A stretch of 63,571 nucleotides of DNA, counting the filler, from Trichosphaerium sp. ATCC 40318 (taxonomy: Eukaryota > Protista > Tubulinea): the NCBI GenBank assembly GCA_038496445.1. It is 3 parts of 3 records of this genome, joined end to end, with 100 filler letters (N's around TTAATTAATTAA, not from the genome) between each part and the next. Parts side by side here need not be neighbours in the genome. Positions count along the whole stretch, not along the records: positions 22,542 to 46,752 come from JALMLS010000101.1; 2 more parts are not named here. The stretch is one strand, 5' to 3'. Under the pieces are notes generated by a model. That model had not been told where the DNA came from and searched no databases. It was given only the letters and a program-made list of their open reading frames with translations. This document shows positions 25,195-39,445 of this stretch, in pieces. Position numbers and translations under genes: made by a program. Numbering within the stretch: position 1 is the first letter of the stretch; every line of letters begins with the position of its first letter.

Positions 25195-28100
25195 TTACAT
25201 GCTCATTATTTTTGCGGCAATAGCTACAGGGTTCTTTGGTAATCCAAACCCAGTGATAGGATCCCTACAAACAAATGTTTAAACACGGGTAAGGACAGAA
25301 AAAAATAAAGGACAAAAGGACAGCCGGAAAGAATGAGAAATGCTTTTTGGGTTGTTTTCTCCTAACATGGAGCTGGAAGCTTCCCGCTTTCAAAACATAT
25401 GGTTTTGTGAATATTTAAATACTCCATAAGAGCTTATAAACATAATAACTTATGATACTTGAACCAAAAGCAAGGTAGAAAGGTAAACCGAGCAGATTTG
25501 TTCAACAAAAAAAAAAGAGCGTACCAGCCTACTGCACACTCAAAGCCACGGCATGATCCGTATGTGTTATCACCTTGTGTTACATCTGTAAAGATAGAAG
25601 AATCTTTTGAGAGTACACCATAGATAAGAGGGTTTGCAAAACCAACAGGGGCGTGACCTTTGCTCACCAAAATATCGTTCACCAATCCAAAAATACCACC
25701 CTAAAATAAAATTAATAAAAAAACCAACACCCACAGCGTCGCTATCATTTTGATGAACTTTAAAATATGCCACATGCATTCGTATAAACATAAAGAATAT
25801 CATGTGAAGTTATGAACGTAAAAAATTACAAAGGGAGTGCTTGAGAGAAGAAAAAAAAGTTTGAAGAATTCCAAACGTACAACAACAGGTGAAGCGCAAC
25901 TAGTACCAGCAACACCGTAGGTGTCCTGGCCTGCAGTAATCACAACATTTTCGCTAAATGAAGATACATCTGGAATAGCTCTTCCAGTCTTATTAAATGA
26001 AGAAGCTGGAGGCAATGGAGAGTGATTAAGGTAGTTCTCAACAACGTCGTTCTAAATCATGTAAGAGAAAAAAAAACTTCAAGCATCAAAAAACGCTTAC
26101 TTGGTATGAAGGTCTTGCGAAGTAGTTACTGAAACCTCCAGAACTAATTGTATCACCAACATATGTTGATCCTTGAAGGTAAATTCCACCAACAGCTGTA
26201 ACATATGGGGAGCTAGCACTACGAGGAAAAATTAAACACAACAAAAAAAAAAGGTTTGAAATTAAAAACAACTTACGGCCAGTTTGGCTCTTGTCTGTCT
26301 CCACCAGCATTACATCCAACACCATTATCACCTTAAAATATTTAGTTAACAAGAACAAAAAACAAAATACATTCAAAACCTTTGGAGCAACCAGAACGCG
26401 AGTGTAAAAACAAAAAAAAAACCTAAAGTATTTTTTTAATTAAACTTTTTAAAACACGTACCAGAAGAAAACAGTACTGTGGTACCACGTGAACCCCTAC
26501 AAAGATAAGCGGTTAGTGTATGAGTGTTGTTGAAAAAAAAAAAAATTGTTGAAGTAAATCACGTGTTAACGTACAATTTGATGAATTCAGTGTTTACACG
26601 TAATGTATAGCTTGGAGTAATTGATGACTCAGTATCACCATAACTGACAGAAATAGTATGTGGAACTAACAAAAAAAGTAAATACTGCGAAGCAACTAAG
26701 GGCAACAAGAACTGTAAAATAAGATAAGAATTTTTGTTTGGGTTTTTTTTGGCGTGCTAGCGGCTAATGTTTATGTACGCACTGGTTGGAGCGTTATTCA
26801 CAGCTGTGGCCCATTCTAAAAATGGCTCTTGACCTTCGTGTAGACCAGCAGTAGAGTAGAACCTTAAAAACAAACAGTAAGAATAGTTGCCAACTTCTTG
26901 TACAAAACAAAGCAGCATAGTTTTAACGGATTGTAAGGGGATTAAAGTACCATGTGTCAACACCATTAGCAGTACCAATAATGTATTCAATATCAAGAGA
27001 AGCTAGAAAAGAAAACATAAGCAACACGTCACAGTAAAATAAAAATGTTTCTGTTTTTACTTCCTAGAACAAGAAGTGCTCACCTTCATCACCTGGGTCT
27101 GTAGCATCATTAGGTCCAACTACTTTCGCTACTGTTTGGGAAGGTACATTAAACTTTTGTTGAAAGAGAGCCAAATCTGAAACAAAAAGGGTAAGTCAAA
27201 AGGGCCACGTTCACGTGCACAAACTTTCGGCGAATGAAAAAAAAAGTTTTACCTTTTGGATCATAGTATTGCTTCAAGAATTGAGCTACAGCCTAAATAC
27301 TTCATAAGGAAGATCCATATATAGGTGGGTATAACATACTTGGATAGATTTGGTGCTACCACTACCAGTTACAGTGATTTCTGCTTCTTTTTTAACAACA
27401 TCAGGTGTGATCATAGTATCATCACCAACGTTTTCAGTCTTTCTTAAAGCACGTCTTATTTGTGGAATCCTAGATACACCACCAACAAGATCAATATGCT
27501 TTGCTACATCGCTTGGTAGGGAGTATGCATCAAGAGAACGACATAGACAAGTCTAAAAGCAAAAATCATAAATAAGTCGTTAATTCATTTTGGTTAAGCC
27601 GTACGTTCGTTTCGCTGTGTGTCACCATCCTGTACTTGATTTGAAGCATACGTTCTGCAGTTCTAACAGGTACAGTAGTAGTAAGCCAATCACCAGTCGT
27701 AGCGACTGTGAATTCAGCACCAAAGGAAGAAACAAACTCAGAAACAGCATCAATAGCTTCTTGAGATGCTCGTGTCAACGCGCTGATTTGCTCAAGTGAT
27801 AGAAATTGCCCTAAAGAGCGTTTTTGGGTTAAAAGATCTGAAAAGATCGTTTTTAAAGCGTACTGTAAGATACATCGTTTGGGTTGGAGATACGATGAAA
27901 TTGACGCTACAGGATAGCGTTAAACGTTGGCTCGTGAACGGAAAAGTGCTATGAAAAGTTTCTTACCTCTAATTCGGTTGGATTACTTTGTTTAAGAGCG
28001 AAGGACAATGTAATATTCATATCTAATCGTTATTAGAAAAGTGTCTTCTAAAACACTATTATATACCCGCTCCAGCGTCACCGGTAACTGTCCAGCCATT

Positions 28101-28238
28101 TGGTAGCGCTTTGTCGGAAGATGACTCGATAAAAGTTCTCTAACAAGTATAAGAGCCACATACGCGTATATAAGTGTCTTACGGATGCAGCTAGGCATAG
28201 CACAAAGGTGCACGCAAGAATAAGAGTAGTCTTGCCAT
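25195..28238 (-). CDS. Peptidase S53 (tripeptidyl-peptidase I / sedolisin-like)
   Basis: Pro-domain, ASLDIEY, SSGDNG, SSPYVTAVGG, ISSGGFSNYFARPSYQ, GRAIPDVS, GTSCASP, VGWDPITGFG across many exons. Confidence 0.92.
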
Positions 28239-29367
28239 AGATCGACTATGTAAAAACAATCAAACTTATCGCCGTTAAGTCAACCTGTTTGTTACAATTT
28301 CCGTCTTGGGAAAGCTTTTGGTCAGTTTGGAGGTGCGAACAAGCTTCTATACTTCATTCTCAAACAGCTTTTTGTGGTGCTTGTCATGTGACTGTCAAGC
28401 TGTGCATGTCACCTAAAAAGTAATATAACTTTGACATTGTACTTTTCTTCTACAGGTGTATTGTACTATGTTACAAGTGATACGTTTCTTTTGATTTCTG
28501 GGGGTTTTTTTCGGTCGCACAATTATTTCTTTTGTTCAGGTTCGATGCAATGACAAGGTTCACAACAAAGGGATGCAATGTTGTTTCTAATCACGAGTAA
28601 TTTTGTCAACGGACTGAGTAAAAGATACAGTACAAAAGGATGTATGCTACAACAAAGATCCGCGCTGCAAATATAGGTGCCTTTTTTAATACTTCCTTAA
28701 AACAGTGAGTTGATAATGTATTAAATAAAGATGCCTATCACCAGTGCTAAAATAGTTGGTTGCAAATAATGTCTATTATATCACGTGTCTCTTGTTAAAA
28801 TATATTCAAATTTAGTTACATCTATCGCGACTACATTATTTCATACTTTCCAAGTCGCGAACAAGGCTGAAAAAGATTTGAACTTCACAAACTCCGAATT
28901 CCATCGGAGAAGTTGGTTAACTTAACAATAGCGCACTTCGAAAGAACGTTAGATAGTGCAAAAGGTTGCAGAAACAGACAAACAGCGAAGTTGTTCTATA
29001 GCAGCACCTATTCGTCTAAAAAGGCTCGATTTTGGTTTGACGGTGTATGAAAGTACGTATAAGAAGAAAGAACGCGCTGTAAATTATGATTTCGAAAAAA
29101 AGCGTCAAAATCGCTACAATCAACTGCATTCTTACTATTCATGCGACTGAAAGCGTATTCGCACCATAACTGTCTCTAAAAGTTACTTTTGTTAAAATTG
29201 CATCCAAAGGCACTATTAATCATACTGCGGCGTCAAAACGGCATAAAACGCTTTATTTTTCGGTTAATGAATTGGTTCCTTTAGTTTCGACTAAAACGCG
29301 CTAAAACCATTCCTTTCGGACTAAAAACGTATAGAAATAGCGAATAGAGTGATTTTTATAGCATTAA

Positions 29368-31872
29368 ATGGCGTCTGTAACATGTTCACGGTTTTTCGCT
29401 CTTTGCACATTTCTACTGACGGCTTACCTCGCTTGTCTCTGTGGTCTTTACTACGTCTTTAGTAACCCAACAAAAATAGTACGTTAAAAAAAAATACAAA
29501 AACCCACGTGACATGGGTTGTTATCCTAACACGCATTTTAATGTATATTTTAGGCTTCTTCTTATGATGCTACGATTATGCAAAATGGGTTAGTAGCAAT
29601 AGAGAAGCAAGTCACTTTAATTGGTACGCAATAAAAATAACTTTTTTTTGAGAATTTCCTTTTTTTCGCGAGCCAAGTTCATGATCTTGGTAGTCAAACC
29701 TTGTGTACCGACATTGATTTTTTGTACGGTTACTTTCAACCTATTTTAGTACTTGTTTAGTTTATCTAGATCTAAAACTGGTCGCAATATTGTAAATAAT
29801 TTTTTTGCTTTTTTTGTGTTTTCTTTTTTTAATGTTTGTCATCAGGTGTTGCTGCTTTTTGTATATTTGCAGGCACTTTATTTTATTCTTGGGGTAGACC
29901 AGATAACCCTGAAGAATTGGCTAGAAGACGTGTTGCTGAGGCGTTAGGAAAAGAGTTTGTTGAAAGGATAAAAAAGTCTGAAAAAATAGAGGCTGAAGAG
30001 ATTGTTGAAGTTAAACCTGTTAAAAGCGATACTCTGGCATCACATGATACAATTCATATTGAAACCAAGCCGTCTGATGGTGTGTTGGATAAACCTCAAA
30101 CCCCGATTGTCGCCAAGGAAGAGAAAAAAACGGATACAATTGCACTGCGTAAACATTTCCTAAACTGTTGTTAAACACTAACTAGTTTCCTAGCACCTGT
30201 CATCCTTGATACCGATATACTATTTGAGTTGGAACCAAAGCCACAAGATATTTTAGAACCTATCAATACAACCACTGGCATTGTTTTAGGTAGTACAGAA
30301 ACGGTAAAGAAGAGTCCTGATCAAACACTTGACACAGTTGATAAAGTCGAAAAAGAAGAAAAAGTCAATGATGTGACCGTCAAAAAGACGAGCTGTTCAT
30401 GCTGTTCTTGGGCTAGTATTGTTATGGCCACCTTAAGAAAAGAGTGGGTATTTGTTTTTGTTGGCTTTCTCTGTTTCACTATCGGATTCTTTGGTGTACG
30501 CACAATGTCATTCATTGGCTACTGCATCCTGTACGATCAACTTTTTTTTTAAGGATGAAAAAAACTTGGATCCATTTTCTTTCTTCTCTGTAGACTCTCT
30601 ATCATCTTGAGAGTATGGATTGACTATAGTATGAAAGAGATATTATGCTTACTATTTTTCTAGTGTTTATTACTTTGGGTGCCTACTTTGCCCTGAAGTG
30701 TTGGATTATTTATATGATATTTTTGAGCCTCTTATAATCGACTTGTCAAACTCCAAAAGTGCAACAGTTAGGAGTGTAGTACAATATTTTAGAACTCTAC
30801 ACAATAAACACTTTGGCCATCTCGGACCTCGACTACCTCCGCCTCCAAGGGAGTTCAGGAAGCCAAAAGAGAAGAAAATTACGGGAATGATAAAGGTACC
30901 ACAATGTGTTTTTTTTGCAGTCTATTCCTTTTGTGTGGCTCTCTGTCTCTTTGGATTATATATCAATGCTTAACGTTTTTAATAGGTTCAGCTTGTAAAT
31001 TGTATAGATCTTGTAAAAGCCGAGATATTGATGAGCTCTGATCCTTATGTACACTTTTTCTTCTTTATTTTTTGAAGTTTTCCGTTCAATTTGTTCTTGT
31101 GCTTATATTCCCATCAAATTATTCTCTGTTCAAATGTGAAACGCTGTTATTACTGGCATAAATGGTAGTTACTATCTTTGTAATCGAAAACTATACAACT
31201 GCGCTGTAAACCTTTTTTTTTTGTATTTTTGGTATTTCAGGCTAAGTTCAGCTTTTGATTTTGACTCATTTTCTACAGGTTGTAGTTAGTTTTCATGGCC
31301 AGCGACAACAAACAAAGCCTTACTTTAATAGCCAGCATGTTACTTTTCAAGAAAATCCTTTTACATTCAACTATAACGGTATGTTTGATGTACACGTGCT
31401 TAAACTAGTTGTAATGGATAGCGATGTTGTTGGGGAAGATAACTTTCTTGGACAGTAAGTAGCCCTTTACGTTTTCATATCTTTTCAAAACAAACCCTTG
31501 TTGATATTTACATCTCATAACTAATCATTAAAGTGAAATTAACCTTCTACATGCTGCAGTTTTTTGGTTAAAAAAACAGAATGAGATTTTAGGTTGAGAT
31601 TTTTCCTTTTCCTTTTTGTTAAATTTCGGGCATTCTGTTTGGATAGTAGTTGCTCTATATGGATTGAATACATACTAAATTTAATGATTAGGTGTTGTGT
31701 TGATTTAAAAGAGTTTATTGGTATTGGGGACGGAGTAAACATCCAGACTTTTGAGAAGGAACTCGAAAATGTTAAAAGTGGTTGTATCCGATTTAATGTT
31801 GAGTTTGAACCTCTGGAAGAGTCCTTTTTTACTTTCTCACAGTACAGGCAAGATAATTATGTTAATAATTAA
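29368..31872 (+). CDS. Multi-TM membrane protein with C-terminal C2 domain
   Basis: Hydrophobic segments; IKVQLVNCIDL..SSDPY..LKLVVMDSDVVGEDNFLGQ..GCIRFNVEF C2 signature. Confidence 0.8.
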
Positions 31873-32290
31873 TAGAATAATAATAAAGAAAAACAAAGAA
31901 CCATTTGACCGACTCATGTTTGTATCCAGCTCGCTAGATAGTTTCTTGCATGAGATTGTATACGCCAAGTAACATGCCTGTATCCAGCGATGGTTTACTA
32001 CTTGGTGCTTACGAATATTCGTCACGTGACACGCTGTATTTCTTCTAACCTTCCTTTGTGGTAGCGTTTCAGATGTCACAACGCCTCGTCTTGTCCTGTA
32101 TACATAGGTTGGAACAGAAAATATATAAACTAAAACTATTCATACCAGTCTTGGGAACTGGCTGCCTAGATTTTTACGTGGTGAATGGCGCTAATAATAT
32201 GCGAGCCGAGTCAAGAATCAATTAATAGTGGCAAAATTCGTTGACCATTTTGTAGGTTCTACTTAAATACTACTAGAACATTACACGTTT

Positions 32291-34054
32291 ATGGCGGAGC
32301 CACAAACTTCGTTGGTTAATTTACAATATGTTAACCGTTTGGCCACTGGTTATGAACATTCAATGGTAATCGCAGACGATGGCTTCGTTTACACATGGGG
32401 ACGAAACAATGAGCGCCAATTGGGCAATACAGACGAAAGAAAGAGTTCTATCGCAAGACCAATAAAGCCACTCATAAATATCGTCTGTATTGCTGATGGA
32501 TGGCGCCATAGCCTTGCAGTTGATTCAAACGGTATTGTGTATTCATGGGGCTTTAACGAAGAAGGTTCATTGGGTCTGGGTCACTTCAAGTCACCTATTT
32601 CGTCACCAACACGTGTTCCAAATCTCACCAAAATCACGAAAGTCACTGCCTATCGTGTGAGTATGGCGTTATCACATTCAGGTCATGTCTACTCTTGGGG
32701 ATACAACTCATGTGATGGATTGGGTCATTCATTCGACAAGGAGAAAGTTTCATCACCAGTGGTTATTCCAAATCTTCAAAATGTTCAAAAAATTCAAACA
32801 AATCGGTATGTAAGTGGAGCAATAACATCAACAGGTCATGTCTTTCTTTGGGGAACAATATTTGACACAGAAAATGATAAAGCATTATTCTTGAATCTGC
32901 AAACAATTTCATGTGTTCCAAACATTGAAACTGCGATTGATGTTGCCATTGGTAATAAGCATGTACTTGTTCTCCTCAAGTCAGGACAAGTATTTTCTTT
33001 TGGATACAACTACCATGGGTGTCTTGGATTGGGTATTGATGACAACAAGTGTGGTCAAGGTATCATCAAAGGATTGAACAACATCGTATCTGTCCATTCT
33101 GGTATTAGGTCATCATTTGCGATTGATGATGAAGGTTGTTTGTTTGGTTGGGGTAATGGGATATTGATTGATTGGTTCTCATCAAACAAACCATTAAAAT
33201 TACCTGGAAAATATCTTGAGTTTGCCAATAAATCATATCATTACTTGGCAATATCTCATGATTTCAGATTGGTTACAGGTGGTTATACTCATTATGGAGA
33301 ATCTGAACCACAACAATTGACGTTCAACAATCACAAAAAGGTACTTTGTCATCTTATCCGTGTATTTCTGTTTATTTGACCCATTATTTAAGCAAACTCA
33401 CCTTAAACAACGAAATACCAAGGTCAATAAAACAGCCATAGATAAAGACGATATAAAAGAAGACAAAGACAAGTACTTATCAAAAGCTGTGATTGATACC
33501 GATCGTGATTACACCAAGTTTGGAGATGCTCCTGAACATCTTGATATGATTCAAGATGCGTTTGAAGCCTTTAAAATACACCAAAATCAAGACTACATCA
33601 ATGACAATGTAAGTACTTAAACACAAAATTACGTTCTCAATGATTGTAGGGCGAACGCATTCCACTTGATACAGATAGGTTATATGAGCCTCCTTCATCA
33701 AACTATACAAACATACTCTTATCTCAACAATCATGGAACGACAAGCCTGATGTTTCTGTTGCCTACACAAAGGTTTCTTTCTTATATTTATCAGACTTGA
33801 AGTTAATCATGTTTATTTAGTCGAATTTCCTTCCACCTCAAGAGAATCAATCAACTGGTACCGCCACGTTTGATTGGAAGTCAGCATTGATGAGGTTGGG
33901 TATTTCAAGTAAACGAGCACAAGAACTCGGATCATTGATGGATGAAGCAGGTATCGAACCCGATGACGTCACCTCAGATGTGCTAAAGGAGCTTGATTTC
34001 AGTCCAATTGAACGTATCAAGGTCATCAAAGCAAAACGTAACAATGCTTTATAA
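32291..34054 (+). CDS. RCC1-repeat beta-propeller protein with C-terminal SAM-like domain (copy 1)
   Basis: VYTWGRNNERQLG, VYSWGFNEEGSLGLG RCC1 blades; spliced tail WKSALMRLG..DVLKELDFSPIERIKVIKA. Confidence 0.85.
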
Positions 34055-34194
34055 GACCTGCGCCACAAAGGATAAGAACTCACCAATGTAACACTTGGTT
34101 CACAATACTGTAGATGTCTACAATAAATACTAGCTTGATTAGAAAAACAACAAACGAGATTGTTTATTATTTATGCTCAGTGTTGTTAGTAATA

Positions 34195-35865
34195 TTAGAA
34201 TGTTACATCTTTACCAGGTACACCGTCACACATTGAAATATCGTCTGTGGATCCTTTATTCATGCCAAATTCAGCGGTACTATATCTAGAGAAAAAACAA
34301 GGAGTTAAAAGCAAGTCAAATAACAGAAGTTTAGTTTTGCAAGTTTTTTTTAAATTTTCATTTCTAAATGTACCTTTCACACTGTTTGAATGCGGATGGC
34401 CAATAGGCAATATAGATCCTTACTTGGCGATTATCACTTCCTTTAAAGTTTGTTTTTGGGTCAAGACAATTATCAGTCATTTGCAATAGGTGCTTCGTGA
34501 GTGCCCTTTTATGTAAAATTAATCACGTGTGGAAAAAAAAAGTAAAAATAGAACAAGTTTCGTCGTTTGTCTCTACAGGTACTTACGCATTTGAATTGAT
34601 TTGCGATATACGCCAGAAGTATTCATTATGATTATTAAAAGGTATTCTAGCGACAATACCAGCTTTGACATGGTTGAGGTAGTCAGCTGCCAAGCGAATA
34701 AAAGCCTCCGTTTGCGTGATTTGGTTTGCAAAAGCGTTTCTGATAAGTCCTTGGAGAAGCTCGCGATCACCTTTGTTAGATAACTTTACATGGCTAGATA
34801 TCTTATGCTTCTTCCAAAATGCTTTTGTGTAAGCCCACAATCCATTAGTTAAAGCTATGCTTGCATCAGGGTATGACAAAGCCTAAAATGTCGTTTTAGT
34901 TTCTGATAAAACAAAACACTTGTTTTCTTGGTTCTGAATTGAACAGTAAATTCCAAAATACCTCGGTAATGAGCAAAGAGTATTAATGGTTCAAAAAAAA
35001 GATTCCATGTCAAAATAAAAAATAGGTTGAGGTCTCAATTGAGCTTTCTCTGTCAGAAGAAAATTGCTTTTTCTTGTTAATGTTATTTTTATCACGTGCC
35101 CGCGAGGCGATAAAATCCTTCCATGATACAGATCCTATGCTGCTATTTTTTCCTTCGCTCGTAACAAGGGTTATACCATCGTTTAAAAGGTCAATTGCGA
35201 AAGCTATTTCGGACCCAATGGCAGGAAGGCCTTCAACAAGTTTAAGAAATATTTTAAAGATAAATTCGAAGGGACTCTCTGATGGTGCTGGGTCACTCTC
35301 GGACATTATAGCTTGAAACGCTATTAAATTAGCTACATCAAACTGATAAGCATCCTTGAAAGGTTTACTAACGTAAGTAAGCAACAAAACAACCGAAATA
35401 ATCAAGCACAAAGCAAGAAACCTCAAAATCTTTTTTGACATTGTCAAAAAAAACAAAAAAAAAAGGCAACTGTTTCAATCAAAGAGTACTCTTTGTAGAA
35501 ACGTTATCTTTTGAGAAAATGGACTTGAAGACTAGGGGGAAATGTTTCTCCACGTACAGGAAAAAACCACTGAAAAATTCATCGATATCAAAGCTTTCCT
35601 TTGATTGCATCATACTAAGCACTCTATATAATGTTTCGTTCTTTAAATTCTGTTCGCTTTTTATCATAGACGAAGTATTAGAACAAGTAGCAGGTCCAGG
35701 CCAATTAATCCCCTTTAGGTTTCCAACACGTGCGTTATAAAAAAAGTGTCAGAGCGTTAATTTAGGACGAAGTAATTTTGTTCCTAATGGTTTAAACTAG
35801 AAGGTACCTGAGAAAGCCGAAAGAGCGAAAAGACATAAAACAATACCAAGAGTTGAGGTTTTCAT
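34195..35865 (-). CDS. Hypothetical secreted/membrane protein, multi-exon
   Basis: Signal-like MKTSTLGIVYVFSLFSAFS and a series of co-oriented ORF blocks with splice signals; family not recognised. Confidence 0.45.
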
Positions 35866-37165
35866 TTGGGTAAAGAGTTGTAGTTGAACGACGTGTTAAG
35901 TTAAGTCATTTTACTTTTTGATTTGCTTGGCCTGCTTACCTTTACAATCTCAGCCAACTACAATACCAACAAGCTGTAAGCGTATGAGCAACTTTTTTCC
36001 TGACACAACCAAAAAAAAAAGCAAAAGGTATGGTGTAACTAACGCTTTTACTACCTTTCAAATTCCCAGTAAAACGGCCAAGCCCTTTTTTTTGACTGGT
36101 GCCTGTTTAGTTCACATTCTCTTGCACATGCTCTGAATATAATATGAATGAAGATGTGGAACATTTCAAGCGTTTGGTTGGACTGAACAAGACTGTCAAT
36201 ATCGAAGGACACAATAGGCAACAACAACAACAATGGCGAGTAGCAATCAAAACATCCCCTCACCTAAAATCCTTTTCTTTTTCTTGTAAAAATTATTTCT
36301 TTATTTTTCCTTCAAACTCATTTGCAATTCACACGAGTGTTCTTAAATGTAGAATAAATCCGCTCGCATGGCTACGCTAGAGCCACCAAAGACTGAGCGT
36401 CTTTCCTCCCAAGCGCGTCTCCCTTATATTGACAACGTTGTCCAATCTAATTTAAGTTAATTGCAGCACTACAGCAAACTGTCCCTAGCGTATGTGCCGT
36501 TGATTACACATTGTTTGGTATCTTGTACTCCATCTAGATTACCATTAGCATTAATGCCCTCACGTGATTTTTATCAAACTGAGATAACAACCAAAAAACC
36601 AAGGACATCTATTTCAATCTTCGGTGTTTGAACAAAGAGGACCAATTAGTAGTCCATCAACAAACAAACTATTTTCCAAGCAGAAAACACCCACTCCTCC
36701 TAGTGGAAACGTTGCTTTATTCAATTTTGTTTATTTCCCTTCTAAAAAACAAGATGTCTTTGTACTCGCAATCTTGTTATGTAAGTAAACTGCACACTCT
36801 GAGGATGAGCTATTTGCAAAGGGGAAAATGTTTCTTTCTTCCCAAGACTGCTTATTAGTCAAAGGACTTGTCTAATTGGCTTTTCATAAAATGTGATTGC
36901 TTAGGCAATATGTAATCAACGGGTCCTGTACAAAAAGCGTGTTGTTGACGTACAAACAACTTCAAATAGCTACTACCAAACATGCTACGGATGCATTTCA
37001 ATCAAAAGGAATAGTACACGTGGTAGTGATAGTATAAGGAGAGCATGTAAACAAAAAGATTGTCGATATTCTCATTTTTTGCATCATCACGTAAAGCATT
37101 CAGTACATTGTACAAACATAGAGAGATTTGCCTGTCAAATACCTACAGTATTTAAATACACATTA

Positions 37166-38970
37166 ATGGCAGAACCACAACATTTAGAGGTTGGATTACA
37201 ATATAATAACCGTTTGGCCACTGGTTATGAACATTCAATGGTAATCGCAGGGGATGGCTTCATTTACACGTGGGGACTAAACGATGAGCGCCAATTGGGC
37301 AATACAGACGAAAGAAAGAGTTCTATCGCAAGACCAATAAATCACTCATAAATATCGTCTGTATTGCTGCTGGATGGCGCCATAGCCTTGCAGTTGGTTC
37401 AAATGGGGCCGTTTATGCATGGGGCTTTAATAAATACGGTGAATTGGGTCTGGGTCACTTTACATCACCTGTTTCGTCACCAACACGTGTTCCAAATCTC
37501 ACCAAAATCACTCAAGTCACTGCCTATCATGTGAGTATGGCGTTATCACAATCAGGTCATGTCTACTCTTGGGGAGACAACAGATTTCATGGATTGGGTC
37601 ATTCACTTGACAGGTGGTGGGGTTTAACTGACAAACATAAAGTTTCATCACCAGTGGTTATTCCAAACCTTAAGAATGTTCAAAAAATTGAAACTAATAC
37701 ATCTGTAAGTGGAGCAATGACATCAACAGGTCATGTCTTTCTTTGGGGAACAACAAAAGATGAAGCAAAAGATAAAGCATTATTCTTGAATCCAAAGACA
37801 ATTTCACGTGTTCCAAACATTGAAGATGCCACTGATATTGCCATTGGTGAAAAGCATGTGCTTGTTCTCCTCAAGTCAGGACAAGTATTTTCTTTTGGAT
37901 ACAACTACAATGGGTGTCTTGGATTGGGTATTGATGACACATATGGTCAAGGTATCATCAAAGGACTCAATAACATCGTATCTGTCCATGCTGGTTTTTG
38001 GTCATCATTTGCGATTGATGATGAAGGTTGTTTGTTTGGTTGGGGTAAAGGAAAATGGATTGATTCGTTCTCATCAAACAAACCATTAAAATTACCTGGA
38101 AAATATCTTGAGTTTGCCAATAAAGTATGTCATTACTTGGCAATATCTCATGATTTCAGATTGGTTACAAGTGGTAATAATAGTTATGGAGAATCTTCAC
38201 CACAAGAATTGATGTTCAACAATCACAAAAAGGTACTTTGTCATATATCTGTCTGCTTCTATTTCTATTTATTTGACGCATTATTAAGCAAGCTCACTTT
38301 AAACACCGAAACACTGAGGTCAATAAAACAGGCATAGATAAAGATGATATAAAAGAAGACAAAGACAAGTACTTATCAAAAGCTGTGATTGATACCGATC
38401 GTGATTACACCAAGTTTGGAGATGCTCCTGAACATCTTGATATGATTCAAGATGCCTTTGAAGCCTTAAAAATACGCCCAAATCAAGAAGAATACATTAA
38501 AGACGTAAGTATATAATACAATCCAAAAATAACTTACAAATTTGTTAGATTGGAATTACTCTACCACCTCATGAAACCAGAGTAAGATCGCCGTATGATC
38601 TACCTCAAAAATCATGGATAGATAAACCTCATATTTCTGTGGTAAGCACCAACAAGGTACATGTTGATTCTTAAAACATTTAAATGTTTTGTTGAAAGAA
38701 AAGTAACCATTTTAGGCGCTATTTGCTCAACCAGAGGCTCAATCAATCGATCCTTCTCTTCAACCAATGCAACCTGAAATCATTGGCTTGGATTGGGCAA
38801 TATCACTTGCAAGGTTTATTGCAAGTGAGCGAGCACAGGAACTTGGTTCATTGATGAATGAATTACGCATTAAACCCAATGACATTGACCAAGACATCTT
38901 AATTGAACTTGGCTTCAATTTGAAGGAACGTATCAGGGTCACCAAAGCCAAGCGCAAGAACCTCATTTGA
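37166..38970 (+). CDS. RCC1 + SAM-like protein (copy 2; 1-nt frameshift near 37342)
   Basis: Highly similar to copy 1; ataaatcactc vs ataaagccactc breaks the frame; last exons more divergent. Confidence 0.8.
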
Positions 38971-39445
38971 ACTGATACAAGAATACTGTAGTTTAGAATA
39001 AATATTTTTCTTTAAACGTGACAAGTTCTATTAATAGCGTTATGGCAACATGGCCTGCAACACCAGCTACCAGTACAATCAAATACCAATATGAAACGAA
39101 GTAGGAAGATGCAGTGAAGTTGCTCTGCAATGAAAAAGAATGATAGCATATTCAATTGCAGCGTGTGATATTCTGCACTATTTTTATACAACTGAACGAA
39201 ATCTAATTAAAAAGCAAACTAAGCACCTCATCATGGTAAAATTAAATACATGTGGTAGTTGTTTATTCTCTTTAAACACAGAAATATTGTCATATTAACA
39301 GGCAGATTACCCCACGTGAAAAATAGGCAGGTCAACATAAAAGAATGAACAAACCACTTTGGATAGCCACAGTTTTATTGGCTTGATATGATATAGTTAC
39401 ATTAGTTACTGTTGATCAATAGGATGCGACATGTTATTCTAGTCT

